Origin: an uncultured Pseudomonadota bacterium | GTDB lineage: Bacteria > Myxococcota_A > Polyangia > Fen-1088 | DNA length: 64,000 nucleotides | Direction: 5' to 3' | Assembly (NCBI GenBank): GCA_963847705.1 | Contig: CAWKBC010000029.1 | Coordinates: forward strand, 224,001-288,000 | Shown: one piece after another, positions 10,036-20,302 of the stretch | How the letters are laid out: the number at the start of each line of letters is the position of its first letter | How positions within the stretch are numbered: the stretch's first letter is position 1 | Position numbers and translations under genes: made by a program | The notes under the pieces: model-generated | Told to the model about the DNA's origin: nothing | The model's input: only the letters and a program-made list of their open reading frames with translations | Databases searched by the model: none

Positions 10036-10905
10036 ATGGGAAGGGTCATTGCGGTTGCGAACCAGAAGGGGGGCGTGGGGAAGACCACGACGGCAGTGAA
10101 CCTGGCGGCCTCCCTGGCGGCGGCCGAAAAGCGGGTGCTCCTGGTCGACGTCGACCCCCAGGGGAACGCCAGCTCCGGGCTCGGATACTCCCGCGACGAG
10201 GTGGGCAACCTTGGATTGCCGACCGGGGCGAGCGTCTACGACCTCCTGATCGGCCAGCCGCGCCTGGACGACGTGATCCGGAAGACCGACCTCGGGCACC
10301 TGGATCTCATTCCGGCCAACGGTGACCTGGCCGGTGCCGAGATCGAGCTGGTCCCGATGGCCGAACGCGAGCGACAGCTGCGCGGTCCGCTGCGCGCGGC
10401 GGCCGAACGCTATGACTATGTCCTCATCGACACGCCGCCGTCGCTGGGCCTGCTGACGTTGAACGCGCTCTGCGCCGCCGACAGCGTGCTGGTGCCGCTG
10501 CAGTGCGAGTACTACGCGCTCGAGGGGCTGTCGGCGCTGCAGCGGACCATCCGCCTGGTCGCCGACAACCTGAACCCGGGGCTCGACATCGAGGGGATCG
10601 TCCTCTGCATGGTCGACTCGCGGCAGAACCTGACCGAGCAGGTGGCCAACGAGGTCCGCACCCACTTCGAGGGGAAGGTCTTCACCACCACGATCCCCCG
10701 CAACGTCCGCCTCTCCGAGGCGCCCTCGTTCGGCAAGCCGATCCTGCTCTACGACATCGCCTCGAAGGGGGCGAAGAGCTACCTCGATCTGGCGCGCGAG
10801 CTGCTGGCGCGGCACGCCAGTGCCCGGCACCCCGGAGGGACCTCGACGGACGGCAAGCCCGGCGACGGCAAACCGACGGCGCTGGCGACGGCGGCCTCCC
10901 GATGA
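10036..10905 (+). CDS. parA: Chromosome partitioning ATPase ParA/Soj
   Basis: ANQKGGVGKTT, DPQGNAS, DTPPSLG and IPRNVRLSEAPSFG motifs. Confidence 0.96.
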   Translation: MGRVIAVANQKGGVGKTTTAVNLAASLAAAEKRVLLVDVDPQGNASSGLGYSRDEVGNLGLPTGASVYDLLIGQPRLDDVIRKTDLGHLDLIPANGDLAGAEIELVPMAERERQLRGPLRAAAERYDYVLIDTPPSLGLLTLNALCAADSVLVPLQCEYYALEGLSALQRTIRLVADNLNPGLDIEGIVLCMVDSRQNLTEQVANEVRTHFEGKVFTTTIPRNVRLSEAPSFGKPILLYDIASKGAKSYLDLARELLARHASARHPGGTSTDGKPGDGKPTALATAASR

Positions 10906-11819
10906 GCGCCCCCAAGCGCAACGCTCTCGGACGCGGGCTGGCCGCGCTCATCCCGGGCGCACCGGGGCCGAGCGCCGCCTTGCCGACGACCGGGCTGGCC
11001 AGCCGCCGCCCGTCGGACGGCACCCGAACGATCGCCGTCGAGGAGATCCACCCCTCGCCCGGCCAGCCGCGGACGCGGTTCGACGACGCCCGACTCGACG
11101 AGCTGGCGGCGTCGATCAAGACGCAGGGGATCATCCAGCCGCTCATCGTCCGCACCCGTGCCGACGGCGGTTACGAGCTGATCGCGGGCGAGCGGCGCTG
11201 GCGGGCGGCGCAACGGGCGGGCCTCCACGAGCTCCCGGCCGTGGTGCGCGACGTCGCGCCGACGCAGGCGTTCGAGATGGCCATGGTCGAGAACCTCCAG
11301 CGGGAGGATCTCAACCCGCTGGAAGAGGCGGCCGGTTATCAGCGCCTCATCGAGGAGTTCGGCTACACGCAGGAGCAGCTCTCCGAGCGGGTCGGCAAGG
11401 ATCGCAGCACGGTGGCCAACGCGCTCCGGCTGCTCCGCCTGCCCGACAGCGTCCGGGGGTTGCTCGCCGAAGGGCGGCTCTCGATGGGGCACGCGCGGGC
11501 GCTCCTGGGGCTGGAAGCGGCGGCCGCGATGGAGAAGCTGGCCCGCAAGATCGTGGCCGGCGAGCTCTCGGTCCGGCGGGTGGAGGAGCTGGTCCGGCGC
11601 GCGCGCGACGGCAAGAGCCCGGAGCCGACCGCGCCTGCCCCGAGCCCCCCCTCGACCAGCGCGCGCGATCTGGCGATGCGCCTCACCCGGGCGCTCGGCA
11701 CGCGGGTCGAGGTCCTCGAGGTCAGCAAGGAGCCGGGCAAGGAGCGCGGCCAGATCGCGATCCACTACCATTCGCTCGATCAGCTCGACGCGCTCCTCGC
11801 AAGGCTGATGCACTCGTGA
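10902..11819 (+). CDS. parB: Chromosome partitioning protein ParB/Spo0J
   Basis: LGRGL N-terminus, GERRWRAA CTP motif, ENLQREDL and HTH; ATGA overlap with parA. Confidence 0.96.
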   Translation: MSAPKRNALGRGLAALIPGAPGPSAALPTTGLASRRPSDGTRTIAVEEIHPSPGQPRTRFDDARLDELAASIKTQGIIQPLIVRTRADGGYELIAGERRWRAAQRAGLHELPAVVRDVAPTQAFEMAMVENLQREDLNPLEEAAGYQRLIEEFGYTQEQLSERVGKDRSTVANALRLLRLPDSVRGLLAEGRLSMGHARALLGLEAAAAMEKLARKIVAGELSVRRVEELVRRARDGKSPEPTAPAPSPPSTSARDLAMRLTRALGTRVEVLEVSKEPGKERGQIAIHYHSLDQLDALLARLMHS

Positions 11820-12490
11820 GCGGGACGGCGTCGCTGGAGCTGGTCTACCGCTCGGACGCCGCCCTCCTCGTCGCCTACGCCACCCACCTCGCCCGCGGCC
11901 AGCTGCTGCTCGACACGACCGAGCGGCTGCAGAGCGGCGCCAACGTTCAGCTGCGGCTGGTCGCACCCTCGACGTCGATCGCGCTCCAGGGCGTGGTCGC
12001 CCGCCCGAACGGCGCGAGCGCGGCGCACCCCACCGAGGCGGGCCTGACCGTCACCTCGCGCGCCGAGACCTTCGGCGACGCCGTCGACAAGCTGGCCTTC
12101 GGCTTCAAGGGGCTGAAGGCGCTGGTGGCCGCCTCGCAGGCCGCGCCGCGGGCGCTGCTCATTCGTTACCTGCGCTCCATCGTCACCTGCGAGGTGATCG
12201 AGATTGACCAGCGGCGGCTGGCCGAGCCGGGGGCGATCTGCAACGTCGATCTCGGCGTCGTCGACCTCGATTCGACCGGCGCCGCCGGGTACGAGCTCTA
12301 CGCGCGCCTCCGCGAGCACCCGGAGGCCGGCTCGGCCCCGGTGCTGGCGGTCGCGCAGCTGGAACGCGACCGGGTCCGCGCCGCGTCGCTCGGGTTCGAC
12401 GAGGCGCTCTCCAACCCCCCGGCGTTCGCTGATTTGCAGAGCTCGGTGTTGCGCGCGCTCGGAAAGCCACTCACAGTTCGAGCGGTCTAG
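11816..12490 (+). CDS. Degenerate PilZ-like domain fused to a pseudo-receiver domain
   Basis: GTG start overlaps the parB stop. C-terminal REC-like fold (DLGVVDLD..GYELYARLR..APVLAV..LGFDEAL). N-terminus resembles myxobacterial PilZ-like domains. Confidence 0.65.
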   Translation: MSGTASLELVYRSDAALLVAYATHLARGQLLLDTTERLQSGANVQLRLVAPSTSIALQGVVARPNGASAAHPTEAGLTVTSRAETFGDAVDKLAFGFKGLKALVAASQAAPRALLIRYLRSIVTCEVIEIDQRRLAEPGAICNVDLGVVDLDSTGAAGYELYARLREHPEAGSAPVLAVAQLERDRVRAASLGFDEALSNPPAFADLQSSVLRALGKPLTVRAV

Positions 12491-12507
12491 CCACGCCGGG
12501 TGCCGCG

Positions 12508-13287
12508 ATGCCGCGCCAAATACGCCTCCTTCCGCTCGTCTTTGTCCTGGCCCCACTCTGGGCCGCGGCCCTCCTGAGGCCGGCGACCGCGCTCGCCGCG
12601 CCCCCCGCCCTCTCCGAGACGCTGGCGCGCTTGGATGCGCTGCACGCCCGCCGCGACCAGCCGGCAGCGCTGGCCGAGGAGCGCCGGCTGGCCGACGCCG
12701 CCCTGGCGCAGGCGCCCGCGGACTACGGCGCGCTCTGGCGCGCGGCGCGCACGCTCTTCGACGAGAGCGACGCGCCCCAGCTGTCCGACGACGGGCGCTC
12801 GCGGCTCGGACAGCAGGCCTACGATCTCGCCCAGCGCGCCATCGCCCTCAATCCCAACGATGCCGCCGCGCAATACTGGGCCGCGCTCAGCATCGGGCGC
12901 TACGCCGAGAAGATGGGCGCCCTGAGCGCCCTCGCCAAGGGGATCGAGGGGAAGTTCAAGCGTCCCCTCGAGCGCGCGACGGCCCTGGACGTCAGCTACG
13001 ACAACGGAAGCATCCCCGTGGTCTGGGCCGCCTACTATCTCGAGCTGCCCTGGCCCAAGCGCGATCGCGACAAGGCGGGCAAGGAGCTGCAGCGTGCGCT
13101 GGCGATCAATCCGGCAAACCTGCGCGCGCGGCTGTACCAGGCGCGCATCGCCATCGATGAGGATCACCCCGACGTCGCCCGGGCTCTCCTGGCTGAGATC
13201 GCCGCCGCGCCCGTGGGCCGCTACGACGCCCCCGAGGAGCGCGCCGTGAAGAAGGAAGCGCTGGCGATGGCCGCCAAGCTGCACTGA
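12508..13287 (+). CDS. Secreted TPR-like helical-repeat protein
   Basis: Signal peptide ending ALA and repeated helical motifs (AIALNPND, ALAINPAN). Confidence 0.75.
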   Translation: MPRQIRLLPLVFVLAPLWAAALLRPATALAAPPALSETLARLDALHARRDQPAALAEERRLADAALAQAPADYGALWRAARTLFDESDAPQLSDDGRSRLGQQAYDLAQRAIALNPNDAAAQYWAALSIGRYAEKMGALSALAKGIEGKFKRPLERATALDVSYDNGSIPVVWAAYYLELPWPKRDRDKAGKELQRALAINPANLRARLYQARIAIDEDHPDVARALLAEIAAAPVGRYDAPEERAVKKEALAMAAKLH

Positions 13288-13324
13288 CCGACGCCCGTCG
13301 AGCGACGCTGTCGGCCGGGCGACG

Positions 13325-14185
13325 CTAACGCGAGGCGCGCCGCTTGGCGGAGGTGACCGTGTTCACCAGCAGCATCGCGATCGTCATCGGGCCGACGCCG
13401 CCCGGGACCGGCGTGATGGCAGAGGCCCGCGCGGCCGCCGGGGCGAACTCGACGTCGCCCAGCAGCTTGCCGTCCTCGCGCCGGTTGATGCCGACGTCGA
13501 TCACCACCGCGCCCGGCTTGATCCACTCGCCCCGGATCATCTCGGGGCGCCCCACCGCCGCCACCACCAGATCGGCCCGCCCGACGACCGCGGCCAGATC
13601 GCGGGTCTTCGAGTGGCAGACGGTCACCGTGGCGTCGGCGTTGGTGAGGAGCGCGGCCATCGGCTTGCCGACCATGCTCGACCGCCCGACCACCACGGCG
13701 TTCACGCCGGCCAAGGAAAGGCCGAGACCACTCTCCTCGATGAGCTTCATGACCCCGAACGGCGTGCAGGCCACGAAGCGCGGCTCACCCATCACCAGGT
13801 GGCCGAGGTTATCCGGGTGGATGCCGTCGACGTCCTTGCGCGGATCGACCGCGGGGAGGATCTCGCGCGCGTCGAGCCCACGCGGCAGCGGCAGCTGAAT
13901 CAGGATCCCGTCGATGGCGGGATCGGCGTTCAGCTTGGCGACCAGCGCCAGCAGCTCGGCCTGCGAGGTGGTGGCCGGCAAGCGGTGATCGAAGGTGCGG
14001 ATCCCGGCCTGCGCGCAGGAAGCGGTCTTGTTGCGGACGTAGATCTGCGATGCGGGATCTTCGCCGACCAACACCACCGCCAGTCCCGGTTCGACACCGC
14101 GGGCGCGAAGCTCGTCGACCTCCTTCGCCAGCTTCTCTTTGATCCGCGCGGCAAGGGCTTTCCCGTCCAGAATCTTGGCCGACAT
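13325..14185 (-). CDS. folD: Bifunctional methylenetetrahydrofolate dehydrogenase/cyclohydrolase
   Basis: [29 protein letters not shown] and [10 protein letters not shown] motifs. Confidence 0.97.
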   Translation of the reverse strand: MSAKILDGKALAARIKEKLAKEVDELRARGVEPGLAVVLVGEDPASQIYVRNKTASCAQAGIRTFDHRLPATTSQAELLALVAKLNADPAIDGILIQLPLPRGLDAREILPAVDPRKDVDGIHPDNLGHLVMGEPRFVACTPFGVMKLIEESGLGLSLAGVNAVVVGRSSMVGKPMAALLTNADATVTVCHSKTRDLAAVVGRADLVVAAVGRPEMIRGEWIKPGAVVIDVGINRREDGKLLGDVEFAPAAARASAITPVPGGVGPMTIAMLLVNTVTSAKRRASR

Positions 14186-14276
14186 CGCCGGTCGTATAGC
14201 ATGGCCCGAGGCCGGGACGGGCGTCGGTCGGAAGAGCGCGCAACCGCGGCCTGCTTTCGCGCGAAGACGTCCCTGC

Positions 14277-15764
14277 ATGGACGCTCCTTCATCTTCTCGC
14301 CATTGCCGCCGTTGTTTGGCCGCGGCAACCTTGGCCGCCGCAACGCTCGCCCCCTTCACCCCGAAGCGGGCCGCGGCGTTCGAGGCCCCGCAGGTGACGA
14401 CGGGCCATCCGCTCGAGCGGGTCGTCGCCGGCGCCCATCGCCTGTTCGCGCTCGGTGGCGCCGAGGTGCGAACGTTCGACGGCGAAGGGGAGATGCTCGG
14501 ACGCTGCGCGGGGTTCGCGTCGCCCCCCCAGAAGGAGAGCCGCCGCGCGCCCCTCGGCGGGTTGGACGCCGACGAAGCGCTGCGGGCTGCCGGTCTGCCG
14601 GACGACGACAGCACGCCCGAGGCCGAGGACGCGCTGGAGGACGAGGGGCTCGGACCGAAGCGCCGGACGCGCGCCCAGGACGAGGGCGGGATCCTGCCGC
14701 ACGCGCTGGCGACCAGTGAGACGTCCGACGTCGTCTGGATCGCCACGTCGTCCGGCGTCTTTCGCGGGGATGAGAACGGATGCCAACCGGCCGGGCTCGA
14801 CGGCCGAGACCTGCTGCTGGTCGCCGGGGCGGACGGCGCGGTGGTGGCGGCCACCGACGATCTTCTCTTCATGCGTCTGTCCGAGACCGACCAGGTCGCC
14901 AGCGACGGCGATCGCGGCAACGACGAGGCGACCTTCACCGTCATCGCCGGGCTGACCGAGCGGCCGCGTGCGCTGGCGCTCGGCGCCGACGGGGCGGCCA
15001 TCGTGGCTGACGACGACGGCGTCCTGGTGCTCGCAAGCGACGGAACGGCAGCGCGGATCCTCGATCGCCCGACCGATGCGGTGGCGGTCTGCGGCGGCGC
15101 TGCGGTCGCGCTCGCCGACGATGGCGTCTATCGCTGGACGCCGGGCGCCCTCCCCGTTCGGACCTCGGACCGGCCGCCGGTCCGGGGGATCGCCTGCGGT
15201 CCCCCGGGGGAGGCGCGCTGGATCGCGACCGGCCTCGGCGTCTGGACCTCGCCCGACGGAGCAACCTGGACGGAGCGGGCCGAAGCGCTGGGGCGAAGGG
15301 TCGCGGCGGCCGCGACCGTGGGCGAGCGCGTGTGGCTGGCGATCGACAGCGAGCTGGTGGCGTTCGACCCGACCGACGAGGAGCACGGCCTCGACCCCCG
15401 GTCGGCAGGGCGGGCGGTGGTGCCGGCCGAGGCCGCGGCTCGGTTTGTACCGATCCCGACCCGCCACCTCGTGGCCCCGACCCTCCCCTGGCCCGAGGTC
15501 ACCGCCCTCTTCGGGGCCGCGCGCACGCCCGATCGCCGCAGCTGGCAGGTGATGATGCTGTTGACGTTTCCGCTCGGCCGCGCTGCCGGACGGCACATCA
15601 ATCCGACGGCGGTGGCCGCCGAGAGCGCGCGCCGAGACGAAGCGCTCGCACACCAACAGGTCGACCTCGCCACCGAGGCCGGCACCGACGATGAGGAGGT
15701 CGATGAGGGCGAGCGCCAGGCCCGCCTCGAGTCCGTCCGTCAGGAAAGAGAGGCCCTGCGATGA
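14277..15764 (+). CDS. Secreted hypothetical protein, beta-propeller-like repeats plus helical C-terminus
   Basis: Signal-like N-terminus; repeated WIATxxGV and DDGVYRW blades; overlaps the next gene's start. Confidence 0.65.
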   Translation: MDAPSSSRHCRRCLAAATLAAATLAPFTPKRAAAFEAPQVTTGHPLERVVAGAHRLFALGGAEVRTFDGEGEMLGRCAGFASPPQKESRRAPLGGLDADEALRAAGLPDDDSTPEAEDALEDEGLGPKRRTRAQDEGGILPHALATSETSDVVWIATSSGVFRGDENGCQPAGLDGRDLLLVAGADGAVVAATDDLLFMRLSETDQVASDGDRGNDEATFTVIAGLTERPRALALGADGAAIVADDDGVLVLASDGTAARILDRPTDAVAVCGGAAVALADDGVYRWTPGALPVRTSDRPPVRGIACGPPGEARWIATGLGVWTSPDGATWTERAEALGRRVAAAATVGERVWLAIDSELVAFDPTDEEHGLDPRSAGRAVVPAEAAARFVPIPTRHLVAPTLPWPEVTALFGAARTPDRRSWQVMMLLTFPLGRAAGRHINPTAVAAESARRDEALAHQQVDLATEAGTDDEEVDEGERQARLESVRQEREALR

Positions 15765-16543
15765 CGCCCTTGCTGGGTGCGAGCTTTCTCGCGCTCTTGC
15801 TCGCCCAAGCTGTCCCCGCCCCCGACAGCCGCGCCCGGGACGCCGCCGAGGCCCCGCACCCCCGGCCGCTCCCCCTGCCCCTCCCGCCAATCGCAGAGAC
15901 GCGCCTTCCATTCGAGGAGCCGCCGCGGCGCCCGGAAGAGCCGCCGCGACGCCCCCGAAAGTCGCGCCCCTTCGATCCCGCAGTCTTGCGGGCGCTGGCC
16001 GCCGAGGATCCGCCCATCGAGGCGCTGCGCGCCGCCGCCACGGCGCTCGTGCTGGCCGAGCCGGGGCGCGCCCGGTCGCTGGTCGAGCGCGCCCGCTTCG
16101 CCGGTTGGCTCCCCGAGCTGCGGATCATGGTCGACCGCCGGTTTGCCAGGACGGAGTCGGTCGACCTGGGCACCACGAGCGACGGAGCGGCGCTGGCACC
16201 GGTCGGCATCGACAGCAACAACGACGTGCGTTACCAGGCCCGCGCGACCTGGGACCTGAGCAAGCTCATCTTCAACTCCGACGAGATCGGCGCTCAGTTC
16301 CAGGCCCTGCGGACCGCCGACACGCGCCGGGAGATCGAGTCGCTGGTCATCCGTCTCTACTTCGAGCGCCGGCGCCTCAAGGCCGAGTCAACCACAGCCG
16401 ATGACCTGGACATGCTTCCAGGTTCGAGGCGGGAGCTGCGCATCGCCGAGATCGAGGCCGAGCTCGACGCCTTGACCGGCGGCGTGTTCACCCGTCTTGC
16501 GCACCACCGCCCGATCGAGGGAGAGTCCCGGCCGGAGCCATGA
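15761..16543 (+). CDS. Secreted hypothetical protein resembling a half outer-membrane-efflux module
   Basis: Signal peptide, WLPEL, ATWDL beta strand and helical IRLYFERRRL...ELDALTGG tail. Confidence 0.65.
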   Translation: MTPLLGASFLALLLAQAVPAPDSRARDAAEAPHPRPLPLPLPPIAETRLPFEEPPRRPEEPPRRPRKSRPFDPAVLRALAAEDPPIEALRAAATALVLAEPGRARSLVERARFAGWLPELRIMVDRRFARTESVDLGTTSDGAALAPVGIDSNNDVRYQARATWDLSKLIFNSDEIGAQFQALRTADTRREIESLVIRLYFERRRLKAESTTADDLDMLPGSRRELRIAEIEAELDALTGGVFTRLAHHRPIEGESRPEP

Positions 16544-16977
16544 CGGACGCCGCCCGCCCCTCCCGCCGTCAGCATCAACGCTACGACGTCGACGTGCAGG
16601 TCGCGGTCTCCGTGGCCAACGAAAAGCACGACGCGCGCACGCGGGACATGTCGCGGGCTGGGCTCTGCCTGGTGGCGACGCAACCGATCCCACGCGAGAC
16701 CGAGGTCTCGCTCGAGCTGGTGTTGACCTTCGGCGACGACGGCGTCTCCGAGCCGCTGCGGATCGAAGGACGGGTGGCCTGGTGCACCGCTCTTTTCGGG
16801 GCGTACCAGATCGGGGTCAAGTTCGTGAAGGTGGATGACGAGAGAGCCAGGTACCTGGACATGTTCGTCGGGTTCCTGGACGGAACGCTGGCGCCGGGCG
16901 GCCTGCTCGGCGAATCCGAGGAGATCGGTTATCCGCCGCCGCGCGCGATCGATCCCGACGATCCGTTCGCGTTCTAA
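16540..16977 (+). CDS. PilZ domain protein
   Basis: RQHQR (RxxxR) and DMSRAG (DxSxxG) c-di-GMP motifs; GVKF. Confidence 0.88.
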   Translation: MTDAARPSRRQHQRYDVDVQVAVSVANEKHDARTRDMSRAGLCLVATQPIPRETEVSLELVLTFGDDGVSEPLRIEGRVAWCTALFGAYQIGVKFVKVDDERARYLDMFVGFLDGTLAPGGLLGESEEIGYPPPRAIDPDDPFAF

Positions 16978-16983
16978 AGATTC

Positions 16984-17355
16984 ATGCCACACGCACCACC
17001 AGCCCGAGCCCCGAGCCGCCGCCAACACCAACGCCTCGACCTTCGGATGTCGGCCGAGGTTCGCACCGCGCGGACCGTCTTCACCGCGACGACGCGCGAT
17101 CTCTCCGAAGGGGGAGCCGGCCTCAGCGCCGACCACCCGTTCGAGGAAGGGGAGGAGGTGGCGGTCGGCCTCTTCCTGGTCGTCGACGACGTCGAGAGCG
17201 ACACCCCACCGTTGTGGGTCAAGGCCCGCGTCGCCTGGAGCGCCGAGTCCGACGACAACCACTACAACGCCGGTGTCCGCTTCGAGGTCATCACCGACGA
17301 TCAGCGGGCCTGGCTCCGCCAGGTTTTGGCGGCCATCGGCCCGTCCGCCGTCTGA
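16984..17355 (+). CDS. PilZ domain protein
   Basis: RQHQR and DLSEGG motifs; GVRF. Confidence 0.88.
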   Translation: MPHAPPARAPSRRQHQRLDLRMSAEVRTARTVFTATTRDLSEGGAGLSADHPFEEGEEVAVGLFLVVDDVESDTPPLWVKARVAWSAESDDNHYNAGVRFEVITDDQRAWLRQVLAAIGPSAV

Positions 17356-17383
17356 GCGCGCCCAGACACGGCGAGCCGCCGGA

Positions 17384-18931
17384 TCAACCGGCCAGAATTC
17401 GCTCGGCCACCCGCGCCCCGTCGAGCGCCGCGCTGACGATCCCGCCCGCGTACCCCGCCCCTTCTCCGCAGGGATAGAGGCCCTGGGCAGACGGTGAGAC
17501 GAGCGTCGCCGGATCGCGAAGGAACCGCACCGGGGCGCTGGTCCGCGTCTCGGCGGCGATGAGCAGCGCCTCGGGCAGCAGGAACGCCGGCAGCCGAGCG
17601 CCGATCTGGCGCAGCCCCGCGCGCAGCGCCTGCACGACGAAGGGGGGCAGGACGGCCCCGAGGTCGGCGGGGGTCAACCCCGGCCGATAGCTGGACGGGC
17701 CGAGCGTGTCGCTCACCCGACCGGCCAGAAAATCGCCCAGCCGCTGCGCCGGCGCGCGGAACCGCCCGCCCCCCGCCCGAAAGCTCGCGCGCTCGATCTC
17801 GCGCTGGAATTCGACGCCGGCCAGCGGGCCGCCACCAGCCGGACCGAAGTCGTCGGCCGCCACGGAGACGACCAGGCCGGAGTTGGCGAACGGCGAGTCG
17901 CGGCGCGACAGGCTCATGCCGTTGACCACCACCCCGTCGGGCTCGGTCGCCGCCGGCACAATCCAGCCGCCCGGGCACATGCAGAAGCTGTAGACGCCGC
18001 GCTCGGCGGCGCCGGCCGTCAGCTCGTAGAACGCGGGCGGCAGCTTGGGATGTCCGGCGGCGGCGCCGTACTGGATCTGATCGATGAGCGGCTGCGGGTG
18101 CTCGATCCGGACGCCCACGGCGATCGGCTTGCGTTCGAGCGCGAGGCCCGCATCGGCGGCCCAGCCATAGACCGCGCGCGCCGAGTGCCCCACCGCCAGC
18201 ACCACGACGTCGGCCGGGATCTCGCCGCCGTCGACACGCACCGCGCGGATTCGTCCCGCCTCGATGCGCAGACCGGTGGCCGCGGTCTCGAAGCGATGCG
18301 TGACCCCGAGACCGGCCAGATGCTCGCGCAACGCGCCCAGCACGCGGGGCAAGCGGTTCGAGCCGACGTGGGGGCGCGCCTCGGCCTCGATCTCGGCCGG
18401 CGCGCCGAAGCGGACCAGATCGGCGATCACCGCGGCGACGCCGGCGCGATCCTTGGCCCGCGCGTAGAGCTTGCCGTCAGAGTAAGTCCCCGCGCCCCCT
18501 TCGCCGAAGCAGTAGTTCGAACGCGGCACCAGCTCGCCGCGCGTGACCAGCGCCAGGTCGCGGCGGCGCGGCTGCACCGGCTTGCCCTGCTCGAGGATCG
18601 TCGCCGCGACGCCCGCCTCGGCCAGGCGCAGCGCCGCCCAGGTCCCGGCCGGTCCGGAGCCGACCACCACCACGCGCGGCGCCGGCCGTCCGGCCGGCCA
18701 GCGGCTCGGCGGCAGCGGCGGCGTGGGCGGGGCGAGCGTCTCCCCGCGCCGCGCCACCGCGATGCGCAGGCGTTCTCCCAGCGGTCGCCCCTTGCGCGCG
18801 TCGAGCGAGCGCCTCACCACCCGCAGCTCGCCGGCGCTCCCCGCGCTCCACCCGAGCGCGCGCTCGACCTGCGGCGCGAGCGGCTGATCGAGATCACCCA
18901 GCGGAACAAACAGATCGATCGTCTCGGCCAT
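17384..18931 (-). CDS. FAD-dependent oxidoreductase of unknown substrate
   Basis: GSGPAG, FGEGGAGTYSDGKL, SFCMCPGG and GEGAGYAGGIVSAA motifs. Confidence 0.9.
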   Translation of the reverse strand: MAETIDLFVPLGDLDQPLAPQVERALGWSAGSAGELRVVRRSLDARKGRPLGERLRIAVARRGETLAPPTPPLPPSRWPAGRPAPRVVVVGSGPAGTWAALRLAEAGVAATILEQGKPVQPRRRDLALVTRGELVPRSNYCFGEGGAGTYSDGKLYARAKDRAGVAAVIADLVRFGAPAEIEAEARPHVGSNRLPRVLGALREHLAGLGVTHRFETAATGLRIEAGRIRAVRVDGGEIPADVVVLAVGHSARAVYGWAADAGLALERKPIAVGVRIEHPQPLIDQIQYGAAAGHPKLPPAFYELTAGAAERGVYSFCMCPGGWIVPAATEPDGVVVNGMSLSRRDSPFANSGLVVSVAADDFGPAGGGPLAGVEFQREIERASFRAGGGRFRAPAQRLGDFLAGRVSDTLGPSSYRPGLTPADLGAVLPPFVVQALRAGLRQIGARLPAFLLPEALLIAAETRTSAPVRFLRDPATLVSPSAQGLYPCGEGAGYAGGIVSAALDGARVAERILAG

Positions 18932-18989
18932 CTTGCTGTCTATCGGGGGCTGTCTGGCGTTGCCGTCTGCCGTTCAATCTGGGGGAAGC

Positions 18990-20027
18990 CTAAGCCGCTT
19001 TCACGGAGAGCCCGACACGCCGGCGCGCCTCGAGGCAGTGCCGGCCGGCCGCCGCGAACTCGCGACAGGGGCTGGGCCGGTTCTCGTAGATGGTGCAAGC
19101 GTAGCGCGGCGTCGCGCCCGGTTCACCGACCTTCAGCGCCGCGCAACGCTCTCCCTCGCGGCGGATCTCGAAGCGGTGCCCCGCGCGCACGATGAGCGCG
19201 GGCTCCTTCCAGACGACCGGATCGCGCACCGAGACGGTGACGGAGTGATAGGCCTCGCGGCAGCAGGCCCCGCAGCGCTGGCAATCGACGGGCGGCTCCC
19301 AGCGCGCGCAGGCGCGGTGCCCCGGCTCGGTCCGCGCTCCGTCGCCCACCGTCGGCGCGGCTTGCCGACAGCGCGCCACCGGCGCGCCGCGCCCGCCGAC
19401 GTAAAGCCAGGCGCAACCGCCGCAGGTCTCGCTCGCCGCGCCCCAGGGGAAGCCCAGCGGATGACAGGCCCCGGCGAGGACCGCCGTGCGCGCGAGCGCC
19501 TCCTCGATCGGTGCGCGCCAGGTCGAAGCGTCGAACCGTTCGCGCGCCGCGCGCGCGATGGGCGTGGCCGGATCGCCGTCGGGCGCCAGCGGATCGGCGC
19601 CGAGCGCGTCGTAGTACGTTCTGTAATCGGTGGTGGGCGCCATCGCCGCCCGCAATCCGAAGCGCTCCGCCAGATGCGCGCCGAGGCGCAAACAGGCGTG
19701 CTCGCGCACCGCGTGCCCAGCGACGTTGTCGAGCCCCCAGTCCGGCGCCGCGACGGCGCCCTCTCCCTCGGTGATCGCGTGACAGAGCTCGTGAAAGACC
19801 AATTGCGCAAACGCGTCGTCGACGTCGAGCGTGTCGTCGGCGCCGATCGCGATCGTGCCCTGCCCGTCGCTGGTGGCATACGCCTCGCGCGTGCGAATGA
19901 TCGAAAATCCGAGCGCGCCGGCGACCGCCGACCAGATCGCGTCGATGGCAGGCGCGGCCAGCTTTGGCCCGTCCATCGCAGGCGCGGACGCCGAGCGCAG
20001 CGAAGACGGCGTGGGAGATCGGTACAT
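18990..20027 (-). CDS. HExxH-containing domain fused to a YkgJ-type CxxCxxCC cysteine-cluster domain
   Basis: HELCH; CGGC; CQRCGACC...CTIYENRPSPC. Confidence 0.8.
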   Translation of the reverse strand: MYRSPTPSSLRSASAPAMDGPKLAAPAIDAIWSAVAGALGFSIIRTREAYATSDGQGTIAIGADDTLDVDDAFAQLVFHELCHAITEGEGAVAAPDWGLDNVAGHAVREHACLRLGAHLAERFGLRAAMAPTTDYRTYYDALGADPLAPDGDPATPIARAARERFDASTWRAPIEEALARTAVLAGACHPLGFPWGAASETCGGCAWLYVGGRGAPVARCRQAAPTVGDGARTEPGHRACARWEPPVDCQRCGACCREAYHSVTVSVRDPVVWKEPALIVRAGHRFEIRREGERCAALKVGEPGATPRYACTIYENRPSPCREFAAAGRHCLEARRRVGLSVKAA

Positions 20028-20302
20028 GACCGTATTGTGAACTGCACCGCGCGGGCCCGCGAGCTGTACAACGCGAGAATTACTCGTGAGTCACAACTTC
20101 GGCGTCAATTTCGCGGCTACTATTTGTAATCTGCGTTTCGCTTTACGCCGCACGGCGACGACGATTTTTTTGATTCGCCTCTTGCCTTACCGATGGTCCG
20201 GATCAAACCTTTGCTCCCAACACGCGGGTAAGCCGCGACGGCCCCAGAACCCGGATCGTCGACCGAGAGTCGACACCGTTCTCAACGAAAGGGGGATTAG
20301 CC

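Noticed and set aside
9880-12500. parS sites or oriC near parAB
   Set aside because: I saw no GTTTCACGTGAAAC-like palindrome or cluster of TTATCCACA boxes by eye, and no dnaA or gidA genes are in the window.
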